From a bacterium (GTDB taxonomy: Bacteria; Sysuimicrobiota; Sysuimicrobiia; Sysuimicrobiales; Humicultoraceae): a stretch of 27,463 nucleotides of DNA. The stretch is from contig JBGQGY010000033.1 in the NCBI GenBank assembly GCA_041497675.1, forward strand, positions 1 through 27,463. Reading direction: 5' to 3'. Under the pieces are notes generated by a model that saw only the letters and a list, made by a program, of their open reading frames with translations, did not search any database and was not told the DNA's origin. Of this stretch, positions 26,422-27,463 are shown piece after piece. The stretch's first letter is position 1. Each line of letters opens with the position of its first letter. The translations under genes and the position numbers were made by a program.

Positions 26422-27463
26422 GTGAAGGTTCGCACGATTCTTGGTTTGGTTGTGTGTGCGGTGTTGATCGCCAGCGCGTTTCCAGTCTTCCGACAGACGC
26501 CTCAACTCCATGCACAGGTTCCGTTTACCGTAGCCTCAGTTCGCAGCGGGCGCTGGTCGGATTCCACGGTATGGAGTACCGGGCGGGTCCCCGTGCAGGG
26601 CGATTCAGTTCTCGTCTCGGCGGGGCAAGCGATCACCTACGATGCCTACAGCGACGTGGAGATTGGCCGGCTGCAAATCCAGGGGACCCTGGCGTTTGCG
26701 CGGGACCGGGCGACGCGGTTGGACGTGGGGAACGTGATTGTGGATCGGGGCGGGACGCTGGACATGGGGACGCCGGGGAGCCCGATCCCGGGGACCGTGA
26801 CGGCGGAGTTGCGGTTGGTGATCGCCTCGGGAGCGACGTGCACCGGGGGGACGGCCTTTGTCGAGAGCGACACCGGTATATGGGCGTACGGCCGCTGGGA
26901 TGTCTACGGCACGCCCGTGCGGGTGACGTGGACAAAGCTGGCGGCTCCGGCCACGGCAGGCGCGACGGTGGTACAGGTCGCCGACGACGTGACGGATTGG
27001 ACGGTAGGGTCCTGGGTGGTGCTCACCTCGACGGCTATGGGGAATGAGGCCAATAACCGGACCACCCCCCAATATGATGAGCGGCAGATCCGGCAGGTCG
27101 TGCGGCGGGGGACGGTCACGGAACTGACGCTGAGTGCGGGGCTGCAGTACGCGCACGACGCGAGCGGCCAGACGGTGGGCGAGGTGGCCTTGCTGACCCG
27201 CAACGTGGTGGTGACGAGTAAGTACCCAGGGCGGACCATGCAAGGACACACGATGTACCTGAACGGAGCCACCGGGAGCATCGCCTATGCGGAGTTCCGG
27301 GATCTGGGGGACTTTGGGTGTTTGGGCCGGTACCCGGTGCACTTCCACTTGATGGCGGATACGTCCCGGGGGATGTCCGTGCGGGGCGCATCGATCTGGC
27401 GGTCCGACAACAACTTCATGAATATCCATGCGTCGAACGGGATCACGGTGGAAGACACGGTGG
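26422..27463 (+). CDS. Secreted G8-domain protein with CEMIP/TMEM2/fibrocystin-like beta-helix start (3' truncated)
   Basis: Hand translation from GTG 26422: signal peptide MKVRTILGLVVCAVLIASAF, SGRWSDSTVWSTGRVPVQGDSV, GEVALLTRNVVV, GHTMY, LGRYPVHFHL, IHASNGITVED; open to the window end and missing from the ORF track. Confidence 0.88.
   Translation, partial: MKVRTILGLVVCAVLIASAFPVFRQTPQLHAQVPFTVASVRSGRWSDSTVWSTGRVPVQGDSVLVSAGQAITYDAYSDVEIGRLQIQGTLAFARDRATRLDVGNVIVDRGGTLDMGTPGSPIPGTVTAELRLVIASGATCTGGTAFVESDTGIWAYGRWDVYGTPVRVTWTKLAAPATAGATVVQVADDVTDWTVGSWVVLTSTAMGNEANNRTTPQYDERQIRQVVRRGTVTELTLSAGLQYAHDASGQTVGEVALLTRNVVVTSKYPGRTMQGHTMYLNGATGSIAYAEFRDLGDFGCLGRYPVHFHLMADTSRGMSVRGASIWRSDNNFMNIHASNGITVEDTV

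Noticed and set aside
1..27463. CRISPR arrays, tRNA/rRNA genes, transposases or integrases
   Set aside because: None seen: no regularly spaced repeats, cloverleafs or mobile-element motifs

Overview
High-GC bacterial chromosomal origin region. The leftward arm carries dciA(partial)-recF-yaaA-dnaN-dnaA, preceded by an unexpected GHKL-ATPase/winged-helix gene. oriC is bipartite: DnaA boxes plus DnaA-trios between dnaA and dnaN, and a second DnaA-box cluster next to rpmH. The rightward arm carries rpmH-rnpA-yidD-yidC-jag-rsmG-parA-parB, HD, DUF4446-like and PRT genes, gcvT-H-PA-PB, a Ser/Thr dehydratase-like gene, a lexA operon, a TPR gene and convergent trxA/trxB. An exopolysaccharide locus follows (Wza-like, Wzc-like co-polymerase, degenerate BY-kinase, RfaH/NusG paralog, nucleotide-sugar dehydrogenase), then a c-di-GMP-I riboswitch leading a secreted G8/CEMIP-like protein that is truncated by the window end. 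Most notable observations: (1) ParB has a Noc-type Gln in its recognition helix, matched by a hybrid parS/NBS palindrome inside its own gene; (2) lexA is translationally coupled to an unannotated 51-aa membrane protein and an apparently dead RNase H-fold protein with a clamp-motif-like tail; (3) an orphan GHKL-wHTH gene sits inside the bipartite origin; (4) the EPS locus has a probable pseudokinase and is followed by a riboswitch-controlled CEMIP-like protein. All calls come from reading the sequence and motif recognition; no searches were run.
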